Part shown: piece after piece, positions 46,903 through 56,000 of the stretch
Layout: each line of letters starts with the position of its first letter
How positions within the stretch are numbered: position 1 is the first letter of the stretch
Assembly: GCA_037308085.1 (NCBI GenBank)
Contig: CP147779.1
Coordinates: forward strand, 288,001 to 352,000
Length of the DNA stretch: 64,000 bases
Origin: Promethearchaeati archaeon SRVP18_Atabeyarchaeia-1
GTDB lineage: Archaea; Asgardarchaeota; Atabeyarchaeia; Atabeyarchaeales; Atabeyarchaeaceae
Reading direction: 5' to 3'
Position numbers and translations under genes: made by a program
Notes under the pieces: generated by a model
What the model saw: the letters and a program-made list of their open reading frames with translations, nothing else
What the model was told of the DNA's origin: nothing
Databases searched by the model: none

Positions 46903-47709
46903 TTGCCGGGTCTCAAGATTGCAGTGTCAGGCAAAGGTGGAGTCGGAAAGACGACTATAGCTGGTACGCTTGCTAGGCTCTTCGCCAAGGATGGAAACAA
47001 GATCTTGGCAGTCGACGCAGATCCGAGCATGAACCTATATACAGCGATAGGTTTGGATAGAACTGCTATGAATAAGATACACCCAATCAGCGAGATGTCT
47101 AATCTGATTGAGGAAAGAACAGGGGCAAAACCTGGTACGTCCGGCGGGATTTTCGTGGTAAATCCGAAAGTCTCTGACATACCTGATAGGTTCTCAGTTC
47201 TAGGCCCTGATGGCGTGAAGCTTCTGGTAATGGGTTCCATAAAGCCGGCGGGGACAGGATGTTTTTGCCCCGAGAATGCGCTAATAAGGACCTTAGTTTC
47301 TCACATAATCCTCGACAGGGGAGAAATCGTAATAATGGACATGGAAGCCGGGGTGGAGCACCTAACCAGGGGAACTGCTAGAAGTGTTGATCTCATGCTC
47401 ATTGTGGTCGAGCCTGGTCAGAGATCGATGGAATTGGCAGAGACTATCAAGAGACTCTCTTCCAATCTTGGAATCAAGAGGATATGCTTCGTGGCAAACA
47501 AGGTGAGATCGGACAAGGAAGAGGAATTCGTGATCAAGTCAGCTCAATCAGCGAAGACGGACTTGATTGGCATCGTACACTATGACGACGAGGCCAATAT
47601 CGCCGATAGGGAAGGAAGAGCAGTAGTAGACTTGGCCCCAGATTCCAGAATCATAAGAGAGATAAAGGAAGTGAAGGAAAAAATCAGCAGGGTTTACTCG
47701 TTGCCCTAG
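46903..47709 (+). CDS. cooC: CooC/AcsF nickel-insertion ATPase
   Basis: GKGGVGKT, DADP, GCFCP and DMEAGVEH motifs. Confidence 0.92.
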   Translation: MPGLKIAVSGKGGVGKTTIAGTLARLFAKDGNKILAVDADPSMNLYTAIGLDRTAMNKIHPISEMSNLIEERTGAKPGTSGGIFVVNPKVSDIPDRFSVLGPDGVKLLVMGSIKPAGTGCFCPENALIRTLVSHIILDRGEIVIMDMEAGVEHLTRGTARSVDLMLIVVEPGQRSMELAETIKRLSSNLGIKRICFVANKVRSDKEEEFVIKSAQSAKTDLIGIVHYDDEANIADREGRAVVDLAPDSRIIREIKEVKEKISRVYSLP

Positions 47710-47769
47710 CCAAAGCGGGCTTCCAACAAGTTCTCAGCCAAGTAAGATGCGCGAAGAAGGTATCGAGCT

Positions 47770-48915
47770 TTGAGCGGAAAAACTGTCATAATCTACAGCG
47801 ATGACTTCATGAAATATGATTTTGGACCTTCACACCCCCTAAGGCCGATAAGGCTCAAACTTACTTTTGAGCTGCTCAAAGCCACCGGTGTACTGAATAA
47901 TCCCCTTGTTGGCGTTCAGTTGCCCCGCCAGGCAAATGAAGGCGAGCTTCTGATGGTACATAGCAGAGAATACGTGGAAGAAGTCAAGGCCTTCAGCAGA
48001 ACTGGTGCAGGCTACTTGGATGCGGGGGACACACCCGCATTCAAGGGAATCCATGAGGCCACAGCAATGGCCGTCGGCGGATCGCTAGTAGCTGCCGACT
48101 TAGTCATGAAGGGAGAGGCGACACATGCTTTCAACCCAGCGGGGGGACTACACCATGCTGGAAGAGATCATGCGGCCGGCTTCTGCGTCTACAACGATAT
48201 AGCAGTAGCAATAAGACATATACAGAAAGCCTATGGAGTAAGAAAAGTGGCTGTAGTTGATGTCGACGTGCACCACGGCGACGGTACACAAGCAATCTTC
48301 TACAGTGATCCAACCGTCCTGGGGATCGATTTCCACGAAGATGGAACATACCTATACCCTGGGAGCGGTTCTGTGCGAGAGACAGGAGAAGGGGCAGGTC
48401 GAGGGTACAAGGTGAATATCCCACTCCCACCTCTGACGGGTAGTGAATGCTATCTACATGCCTTCGATGAGGTGACCCCCGCGCTAATAAGAGCATTCAA
48501 GCCTGAGATAATAGTAAATCAGTTTGGAGCAGATACACATTACGATGATCCACTTGCGCATCTGAGCCTCACAATGGATGTGTACGGGAAAATCGCCTCA
48601 AGGCTGCATTCATTGGCTCACGAAGTCTGTGGAGGTAAGTACTTGGTCCTCGGAGGAGGGGGGTACAAGCCAGAAAGCGTCGCTAGAGTATGGACGACCA
48701 TGTTCAGCAATATCAGCGAAAGCACGATACCAGACAAGATACCCGAAGAGTGGGTGAAGTTCTGCAGAGAGAAAATGAAGAGAGAACCCCCAACCACCTT
48801 CTCAGATGAGTATGAGCGCTCTATCAACAACTCCGAGCGAGAAAAGATAACTTGGACAGTTGAGCAGACACTGAAGGAAATCAAGAGCAAGATATTCCCG
48901 GCATGGAGAATTTAA
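47770..48915 (+). CDS. acuC: AcuC / class I-like histone deacetylase family
   Basis: HPLRP.R, GGLHHA, GFC, DVDVHHGDG and GGGGY motifs. Confidence 0.92.
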   Translation: MSGKTVIIYSDDFMKYDFGPSHPLRPIRLKLTFELLKATGVLNNPLVGVQLPRQANEGELLMVHSREYVEEVKAFSRTGAGYLDAGDTPAFKGIHEATAMAVGGSLVAADLVMKGEATHAFNPAGGLHHAGRDHAAGFCVYNDIAVAIRHIQKAYGVRKVAVVDVDVHHGDGTQAIFYSDPTVLGIDFHEDGTYLYPGSGSVRETGEGAGRGYKVNIPLPPLTGSECYLHAFDEVTPALIRAFKPEIIVNQFGADTHYDDPLAHLSLTMDVYGKIASRLHSLAHEVCGGKYLVLGGGGYKPESVARVWTTMFSNISESTIPDKIPEEWVKFCREKMKREPPTTFSDEYERSINNSEREKITWTVEQTLKEIKSKIFPAWRI

Positions 48916-49117
48916 CCGTAGCCCGCTATCATCTGGGAGTCTGTTGTTTCACGGAGATTCAGCCTCGATCAACTAGGTTTAAAGGATCTCTACGTTAATC
49001 TACCTAGTTGATGGTTCACTCCAGCGACCACGTTTTTCCGAAGGCGCAATATCAGGGTAGAGATCATCGTCTGCCCTGAAGCATGACGTAACACGCGAGT
49101 GGAGAGGACAGTAGAGT

Positions 49118-52100
49118 TTGACTGGGGACGCTCCGAGTCTTGACGATTATTTTCCTCCAACCAGTAATGGCAAGGAGAATCGAGCCTCCAAGGGCAGCGT
49201 AGGTCCTGGCGGGAAGAAGAAGGTTCAAGGTGAATTGGATCTCGATGTGACAGATCATGAGCCCACCTTGTCGGAGTCTGACGAGGAAGACGAGGAGGAG
49301 GAAGAAGCAGAATCGAAGATCGGAGAAATTGCTGGTCACAAGTACGTAACTGAAGCTCCTCCATCCGTTCTCCTCGCAGTCAGGTACGACGGAGAATCCA
49401 GAAGTGCTTTTGCAAGGCTGTACGATCCTGAGACAAGGCAGCTCTCCGATTGGAAGGACAACACTGGGCACCTTCCATATTGCTTCACAGATATACCGCC
49501 TGACGTGATAAGAAAGAACTTTACAAAGATAGTCAACCACCCCGGCTTCAGAGACCTTGGCGTGGCTGACAAATACGACTTGTTGTCTGACAAACAAGTC
49601 AAGATGACCAAGATTGTGGCCGCTGATCCACTAGCGATTGGTGGAAGAACAGATTCGATAAGAGAGTACCTGCCTGATAACGTGTGGGAAGCGAAAATAC
49701 CGTACCACATATGCTACATATATGACCGAGGGTTAACCCCTGGAATGCTTTACCGAGTAAGCAAGAACCAGCTTCTGCCCGTAGAGAGCAAGATACCGGA
49801 AAGTCTGAGGCATGAGTTTTCGCAGATTTTTGAGAATGACCCCCAAGAATTCAAAGAATTGCTCCCTAGATTGTTGCCATATTTCATAGAACCCACACCA
49901 GACATAAGAAGAGTGGCGGTTGACATTGAGGTTCACGCACCCATAGTGGACCGAATACCAGATGCGACACTAGCTGAGCATAGTGTGTTCGCTGTCTCTT
50001 TGGCTTCAAATGATGGGTTAAAAGAGGTCTATTTGCTCAAACCAGAGGGGGAGGACAGCAATTATCGAGGCTTGCTCAATTCCTCACCCAACGAAGAGTT
50101 TCGAGTGACTTTATTTGATAGTGAGGTAAAGCTTCTGAAGAAGACCTTTGAGGTTCTCGATGATTACCCCATTGTCTTAACTTTCAATGGTGACCAATTC
50201 GATTTACGATATCTTTCACACCGAGCACGGAAGCTCGGCATCGACGTTAACAAGACCCCCATAATCCTGACAAAAGACAGAGCGATGCTGAAGCGCGGCG
50301 AACATATCGATCTCTACAGATTCTTCTTCAATCGTTCAATCCAAGTATACGCGTTCTCGAACAAATATAGAGATCTCTCGCTCGACACTGTATCCAGGGC
50401 ATTGATTGGAATCGGGAAAGCGGAGATCAGCAAACCAATTGACCAGCTTTCACCCACGGAGCTTGCCACCTACTCCTGGCAGGACGCCAAAATAACTTTC
50501 GGGTTAACTCAGTTCAATGGTAACCTCGTTCTCAACCTGATATTGCTGATCATGAGGCTCTCTCATCTGCCGATTGAAGATGTGACAAGACAGGCAGTCT
50601 CAGCTTGGATTCGGAGCCTCTTCTATTTTGAGCACCGCAGAGCAGGGTATCTTATCCCACGACCGCAGGACATTTCCAGGGTCAAAGGCAATGTTGATAC
50701 GAGGGCCATAATCAAGGGAAAGAAGTACCAAGGAGGAATAGTTGTCGAGCCTCAAAAGGGCGTGCACTTCAAAGTAGCGGTACTCGACTTTGCTTCTCTA
50801 TACCCAAGTATAATAAAAACGAGGAACCTCAGCTATGAGACTGTGAGATGCATTCACCCTGAGTGCAGGGCGAACAAGATTCCAGAGACTACTCACTGGG
50901 TTTGCATCAAGCGACGAGGCATATCATCGCTTCTCATCGGATTCTTACGCGACATAAGGGTGAAATGGTTCAAACTCAAGTCCAAGGACAAGAAGCTCGA
51001 CAAAAACCAAAGAGATCTCTATGAGGCAGTATCTCAAGCGCTGAAAGTATTCCTGAATGCCAGCTATGGAGTTTTCGGCGCCGAGGCATTCCCGCTGTAC
51101 TGCCCCCCCGTCGCCGAAAGCACCACTGCAGTAGGCAGATACGCCATAAAGAAAACCATAGAAAAGGCAAAAGAGCTGGGCGTCGAAGTCATCTACGGCG
51201 ACAGTCTTGCTTATGATCGCAGGATCTTCGTCCAGACTCCGGAAGGCGACATCCGTCTCCGAAAAATAGGAGAATTTATTGATGAAAATATGGCCAACCC
51301 AAGTGGGTATAGGACTCTGGCGCTTGAAAACGGAAAAGTCAGATTCCAGCCTATAGCGAGGTTGATTAGACACAGATACGACGGACAAATGCTGAGGATT
51401 ACCGCACAGCACGGCAGAACTGTTGTAACGAAGCAGCACTCAGTCTACACTTACAGGGATGGAAACATAACTCTTTGCGATGCTGGAAAATTGAGGAAAG
51501 GGGATCTTCTCTTTTCTCTAACTAATCCCATTATAGAGTCGACTTACAAAGAGAATCACGTCTTTGATCTGGCAAAACTTAACTGGGAGAACTACAAGGA
51601 CGAAGTTTTGTTATGGAGAGACAACCTCAGATTCCCTAAAAAAGGAGGGTTCTGCCCCTATTGCGGCAAGAATGTAGCCTATCTCTCTACTCACGCTCAT
51701 CTTGAGCATTCAAATCGAAGGCTGCCCCTGTCTTCCAACGTTGATTGGAGGTTCATAGGTGGCAAGAATGCCAAATCCGAAAGGATCCCCAGATTCATCC
51801 AACTGACTCAGGATCTAGCTTGGATTCTAGGATTCTACTGTGCTGAGGGTTCAACCTCAGATGTCGAAACGAGATATGGCAGAAAACGCGTTCTCTTCTT
51901 CGGTGGGCAGAAAAGAAAGCATGTGGAGAGGATAAAGAAGTACTTTGACGAGCTACTAGGCAAGAATTCCAAAATCATAAGAGACGTAGACAAGAGAACT
52001 GGAAATCCGATGTATTATTATCACGTTTCTGGTGTTCCTGCCGTCGCGCTCTTCTCGGAGGCATTCGGGTGTAAGAGCGGCGCATCGCAGAAGAGAGTTC

Positions 52101-53179
52101 CCTACTTCATTTTCGGTTCCGAGGAGAGCTTAAGAAGAGCCTTCGCCGAGGGATATTTGGCGGGAGATGGATATACAAAGATTGCCCCAAGATACAGGAC
52201 TGTTTTTCCAGAATTTTCGACAAAGAGTCTTGAACTGGCCATTGGGATGCAACTCATCCTCAAATCCCTAGACTTTGGCAAGACCAGGTTTGGGAAGCAG
52301 CTTAAGCACTTGTACTGGAAATGGCGAAAGGACAAGCCCGGGATAGTCAATTTAAGGCTGCAAGGAGCCAGAAGTAATGACAGATTAGGCGAGAACTTCT
52401 GTCTGACAGTGGTGACTGACATACGCAAATCGAAATACGTTCATCCCTTCGTCTACGATATTGAGGTTGAGGGAGCACACAATTTTGTTGATGCCGAGGG
52501 AATGATCCTCGTCCACAATACTGACTCAGTGTTCTTGAAGAACCCGACCGATGCTCAGGTGGAGGAGATCTTTGATTGGAGTACCAAGAACTTGGGGATT
52601 GATCTGGAATTAGACAAGAAGTATAGGTATCTGGCTCTTAGTGAGAGAAAAAAGAATTACCTTGGTGTCTACGAAGATGGCGCGGTCGACATAAAGGGAT
52701 TGACGGGAAAGAAGAGGAATACGCCTGAGTTTCTCAAGGAAGCATTCCGGGAGATGGTTCGGGTTCTCGCAGATGTGCATTCGACCTATGACTTTGACGA
52801 GGCGCGAAGAAGGATCAAGGAGATCGTCATGACATGCTATAGAAAACTGGAGAAGCATGAGTACTCGTTGGATGAATTGGCGTTTGGCATTGAGTTAACC
52901 AAGGACCTGGGTGACTACAAGAAGACGACTCCCCAACATGTGAAGGCAGCGAAGCAGCTTCAGGATGGTGGCGCCGACGTCAGGGCAGGAGACATAATCT
53001 ACTTCGTCAAGACCAAGGGACCAGGCGGCGTTCGACCAATAAAGCAGGCAAACGTCAATGACATTGACATAGAGAAATACAAGGATCAATTGAAGAGCAC
53101 TTTCGAGCAGGTCTTAGATGCGCTGGGAATCGAGTTCCATGAGATAATGGGATATTCGAGGCTGGACGCATTCTACTAG
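49118..53179 (+). CDS. polB: Family B DNA polymerase (PolB1-like) with intein
   Basis: Exonuclease motifs DIE and FNGDQFD; polymerase motifs DFASLYPS, KVFLNASYG, YGD/TDS and KKNY. Confidence 0.95.
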   Translation: MTGDAPSLDDYFPPTSNGKENRASKGSVGPGGKKKVQGELDLDVTDHEPTLSESDEEDEEEEEAESKIGEIAGHKYVTEAPPSVLLAVRYDGESRSAFARLYDPETRQLSDWKDNTGHLPYCFTDIPPDVIRKNFTKIVNHPGFRDLGVADKYDLLSDKQVKMTKIVAADPLAIGGRTDSIREYLPDNVWEAKIPYHICYIYDRGLTPGMLYRVSKNQLLPVESKIPESLRHEFSQIFENDPQEFKELLPRLLPYFIEPTPDIRRVAVDIEVHAPIVDRIPDATLAEHSVFAVSLASNDGLKEVYLLKPEGEDSNYRGLLNSSPNEEFRVTLFDSEVKLLKKTFEVLDDYPIVLTFNGDQFDLRYLSHRARKLGIDVNKTPIILTKDRAMLKRGEHIDLYRFFFNRSIQVYAFSNKYRDLSLDTVSRALIGIGKAEISKPIDQLSPTELATYSWQDAKITFGLTQFNGNLVLNLILLIMRLSHLPIEDVTRQAVSAWIRSLFYFEHRRAGYLIPRPQDISRVKGNVDTRAIIKGKKYQGGIVVEPQKGVHFKVAVLDFASLYPSIIKTRNLSYETVRCIHPECRANKIPETTHWVCIKRRGISSLLIGFLRDIRVKWFKLKSKDKKLDKNQRDLYEAVSQALKVFLNASYGVFGAEAFPLYCPPVAESTTAVGRYAIKKTIEKAKELGVEVIYGDSLAYDRRIFVQTPEGDIRLRKIGEFIDENMANPSGYRTLALENGKVRFQPIARLIRHRYDGQMLRITAQHGRTVVTKQHSVYTYRDGNITLCDAGKLRKGDLLFSLTNPIIESTYKENHVFDLAKLNWENYKDEVLLWRDNLRFPKKGGFCPYCGKNVAYLSTHAHLEHSNRRLPLSSNVDWRFIGGKNAKSERIPRFIQLTQDLAWILGFYCAEGSTSDVETRYGRKRVLFFGGQKRKHVERIKKYFDELLGKNSKIIRDVDKRTGNPMYYYHVSGVPAVALFSEAFGCKSGASQKRVPYFIFGSEESLRRAFAEGYLAGDGYTKIAPRYRTVFPEFSTKSLELAIGMQLILKSLDFGKTRFGKQLKHLYWKWRKDKPGIVNLRLQGARSNDRLGENFCLTVVTDIRKSKYVHPFVYDIEVEGAHNFVDAEGMILVHNTDSVFLKNPTDAQVEEIFDWSTKNLGIDLELDKKYRYLALSERKKNYLGVYEDGAVDIKGLTGKKRNTPEFLKEAFREMVRVLADVHSTYDFDEARRRIKEIVMTCYRKLEKHEYSLDELAFGIELTKDLGDYKKTTPQHVKAAKQLQDGGADVRAGDIIYFVKTKGPGGVRPIKQANVNDIDIEKYKDQLKSTFEQVLDALGIEFHEIMGYSRLDAFY
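51203..52519 (+). mobile_element. Intein (439 aa) with LAGLIDADG homing endonuclease in PolB motif C
   Basis: YGD|SLAYD...ILVHN|TDS junctions; LGFYCAEG and EGYLAGDG motifs. Confidence 0.93.
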
Positions 53180-53205
53180 CTGAAGCGGGAAGGCTCTGAA
53201 GTCGA

Positions 53206-54000
53206 CTATGGCAGGCTTTCGCCGCAATTGGGGCAAAACCTGGCTCTCGAAGGCAGCTCAGCTCGACAATGAGCGCAGCGCACTGCGCCCTCTTTCTCTT
53301 CTCCTTCCACTTCAGTCCTGTTGTCGAAGGTAAGTGGCATATTACCCGAATGGTTCCATCCACCAAAACCCTTTTCTCTTCTTGCCTCCTCGCTTGGGTA
53401 TGCGCCGCTGCTTCTCGCTGACTGCTCGCCGAAGATAAGGTTCAGATCAATAGGGCCATAGGATTTGCTATCCGGCGTGGAAGCTTCAGAAGACTCGCTG
53501 CCCTCAGAATAGGCGTTTGAGGAACCTCGATAGTGGGAATTTGATTCAGACTGCCGGGACCGAGACTGGTCAACTCGTCTGTCTTCGCCCATGTCTGACG
53601 AAACTTGGAATGTCCATGCAGCGCTCTTAAGAGAGGAAGTGTCAAGAAGTCTCTTGGCGGCATCTATAAAGATCTGGTGGCAAGCCGACTTGATCCTTTG
53701 GTAGTCTTCCATAGTGAGCCCGAGAAGTTCCAGTGCGCCATCCCTGTCCACGCATTTCCTATCCGAGCTACAACAGTATGCCAAGGAGCCATGGCAGGTG
53801 CGAAGCATCGCCAAGTCCTGCACGCTTCTTGATACGGGCTGGATCCTACTCCCTCCAATTACTAGTGATGCTCCTTCAACCTTGATATCAACGTAGGAAT
53901 TGCCTAGCAGGGCGTCGAGGATTTTCTGTGCGTCGTAGGCACGGCCGTTTATTATAATGACTCCTTTTGCCGAGGCTACCTCCAAGAAAAACACTCCCAC
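53206..54000 (-). CDS. Cys-rich domain protein with C-terminal zinc ribbon
   Basis: TCHGSLAYCC....C..RD..L motif; CAHC...FCPNCG zinc ribbon. Confidence 0.7.
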   Translation of the reverse strand: MGVFFLEVASAKGVIIINGRAYDAQKILDALLGNSYVDIKVEGASLVIGGSRIQPVSRSVQDLAMLRTCHGSLAYCCSSDRKCVDRDGALELLGLTMEDYQRIKSACHQIFIDAAKRLLDTSSLKSAAWTFQVSSDMGEDRRVDQSRSRQSESNSHYRGSSNAYSEGSESSEASTPDSKSYGPIDLNLIFGEQSARSSGAYPSEEARREKGFGGWNHSGNMPLTFDNRTEVEGEEKEGAVRCAHCRAELPSRARFCPNCGESLP

Positions 54001-54176
54001 ATAATAGTAATATCAAAGCGGAATATATCTCATTCTCTCAACAAAGGCCGACAGCTACCAGTAAGCGCAACTGGTAGTACTTAGAGAAGATCAGCGGAAT
54101 ACGAGACCTCTCTAGAGGTGATCGACCTAAGACCAACAAAGCATGGAACCCTCGTCAAACATGATAGAAAAAGAAA

Positions 54177-54353
54177 CTATCCCAGTGTGCTACTAATGTC
54201 TTCACCTTTGACTTCTGACTCGGGGAACTCGCTCCCACAGAAAGGGCACTTAACATATTTACAGCCGAACGATGATGATGGGCAGCCCCCACACGCGAAT
54301 GTTCTCCCATATGAAAGCGCAAATGATCGTTTACACTTTGGGCAAGTTACCAT
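54177..54353 (-). CDS. Small multi-CxxC zinc-finger protein
   Basis: CPKC, CGGC, GC and CPFC; AGGTGA ribosome-binding site before ATG 54353. Confidence 0.7.
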   Translation of the reverse strand: MVTCPKCKRSFALSYGRTFACGGCPSSSFGCKYVKCPFCGSEFPESEVKGEDISSTLG

Positions 54354-54414
54354 GGCTGACTCATCACCTTGGCACCTGAAAAGGATCAACAAGTATTAAT
54401 GCTTTCTTGAGAGG

Positions 54415-55938
54415 GTTTCAATCTACGTAGGCATAGGTAGGTATGCATCAGCGTACCTATCGTATTCCACGTAGATCTGGGGCTTCACCTCATCATGTAG
54501 GAGCCTCACGAGTTCATCAGCACCCTTCCGCTCCGCCCCCGTCAGGGCGTACCCACCCACGAGGAGCGTGGGCAGGATGGCTTCATCCCACCGCTGCTTC
54601 CCGCGGGGAACGCCCTCCATCCTCAGGTACAGGTTGATGGCTGCGTTGAGCTGCCTATCAATCCGCAGGCCACAGTTCCCGCACTCGAAGACCGCTCCTC
54701 TCAGGTCTTTGCTGATCCACCCGCATCTGGAGCATGTCTTCGATGAGTACTGTGGGGGCACCTCGACGCCTCCTGCAAGCCTCCTTATTCCACGCCAATC
54801 CGTTCTCGCTACTCGGCGGTTCCACTTCCTGGAGCGCGTGTACAGCTTCTCCTTTCTCAGCGCCTCGAAGCCGCTCCTCTTGGAGAGCACGCGGATCGCC
54901 CTCGCAATCTCCACCTGGTGCTTCCTTGCACGGTTCCTCTCCCTTCTTGCGTACTCTGCGAGGACTCTCTTCGCCCTCTTCGACTTCGAGGCTTTCCTCT
55001 GCACGCTGCGCCTCTTCTCGAAGCTCGACACGTGCACCGAGGCTAGCCTCCTCGTGTCAATCTTCACCCAACCAGTCTCAGGACTGTACCCATCCATGGA
55101 TAGCATGTTCGAGTCCCACGCCACCGCCTCAGCAGTTCTCTCGTCCTCCTCGTCCTTTCTCTCCCCCTCCAATACATGAATGGGCAGGTGTATCTTGTCG
55201 GGCGTGATGACTGGTTCTCCTATGCCCGCGGAGGACACGTTGTCGGGCAACTTGAAGTAGCGTTGGGAGAGGTCGATGTAGACGAACTCACGTGGCTTCA
55301 GGGTGATCCTGAGCGTGTCGCCCTCAAGTTTGAGGAGGGTTTGCTTGACCTGTAGGAAGAGCCGCCCCGCGCGCGGACACGCCCTCTTCCTCTCACCCTT
55401 CTCATAGTTCCTCTTCCAGGAAGCCATGATGCTGAAGGCTGTCTTCAAGGCGGAGTCAACCCAGTGCGCAGCATAGCACCACTCTTCTAGGCACCCGTCT
55501 CTCAACCTCCGCTTGAAGGCATTGTCCTTCCTGTAGCGAGGGTAGAGCCTATGCTGCTTCTTGCCCCTGATCTGGTGCTTCTTCCACTCTGCCGTACGCC
55601 AGATGCACTGCAACATGGTGTTGAGGATGGAATTCTAGGCAGCCATTAGGCCGTTGAGTGCTTCGCCTTGGTTATGGCTGAGTGAATAGGTCCTTAGCGC
55701 CTTCAGCAACCGCCATATATTCGTGGGTTCTCATCCTCTGAGGCTTCTGGGTCTAGGGGTTCAGCGGACACGTCTTCAGTGTCTTCTCCGCCACGCGGTC
55801 TTCACAGGTGGGTTGTCCCTTCCTCGCCACGTCCGCAGTGGACAGGAGCGTCTCTTCACCAGTACTACTGTCCGAGGGTTCTCAATATAAACGACCACCC
55901 TCTTACGTACGCCTACTTATGCCTACGAACCCTGAAAC
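54415..55938 (-). mobile_element. IS607-family element with internally deleted serine-recombinase tnpA
   Basis: Imperfect end inverted repeats (GTTTCA-n5-CGTAGGCATA.GTAGG); tnpA relics ETLLSTADVAR and RMRTHEYMAVAEGAKDL overlap the tnpB start. Confidence 0.75.
54423..55709 (-). pseudogene. tnpB: TnpB with in-frame TAG near the N-terminus (55635-55637) and RuvC-III Asp to Gln
   Basis: LLKALRTYSLSHNQGEALNGLMAA*NSILNTMLQCIW; AWDSN, GFEAL, CSRC..CGNC and DRQLNAA motifs. Confidence 0.8.
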
Positions 55939-56000
55939 TGTTGAATACGGCGAATGTTAACGCATTCTTAGAAGAGGAGGAGTTTGCGACAATCTGCATC

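Noticed and set aside
46903-48915. CO dehydrogenase/acetyl-CoA synthase locus
   Set aside because: Only cooC is present; no cdh/acs structural genes are in the window.
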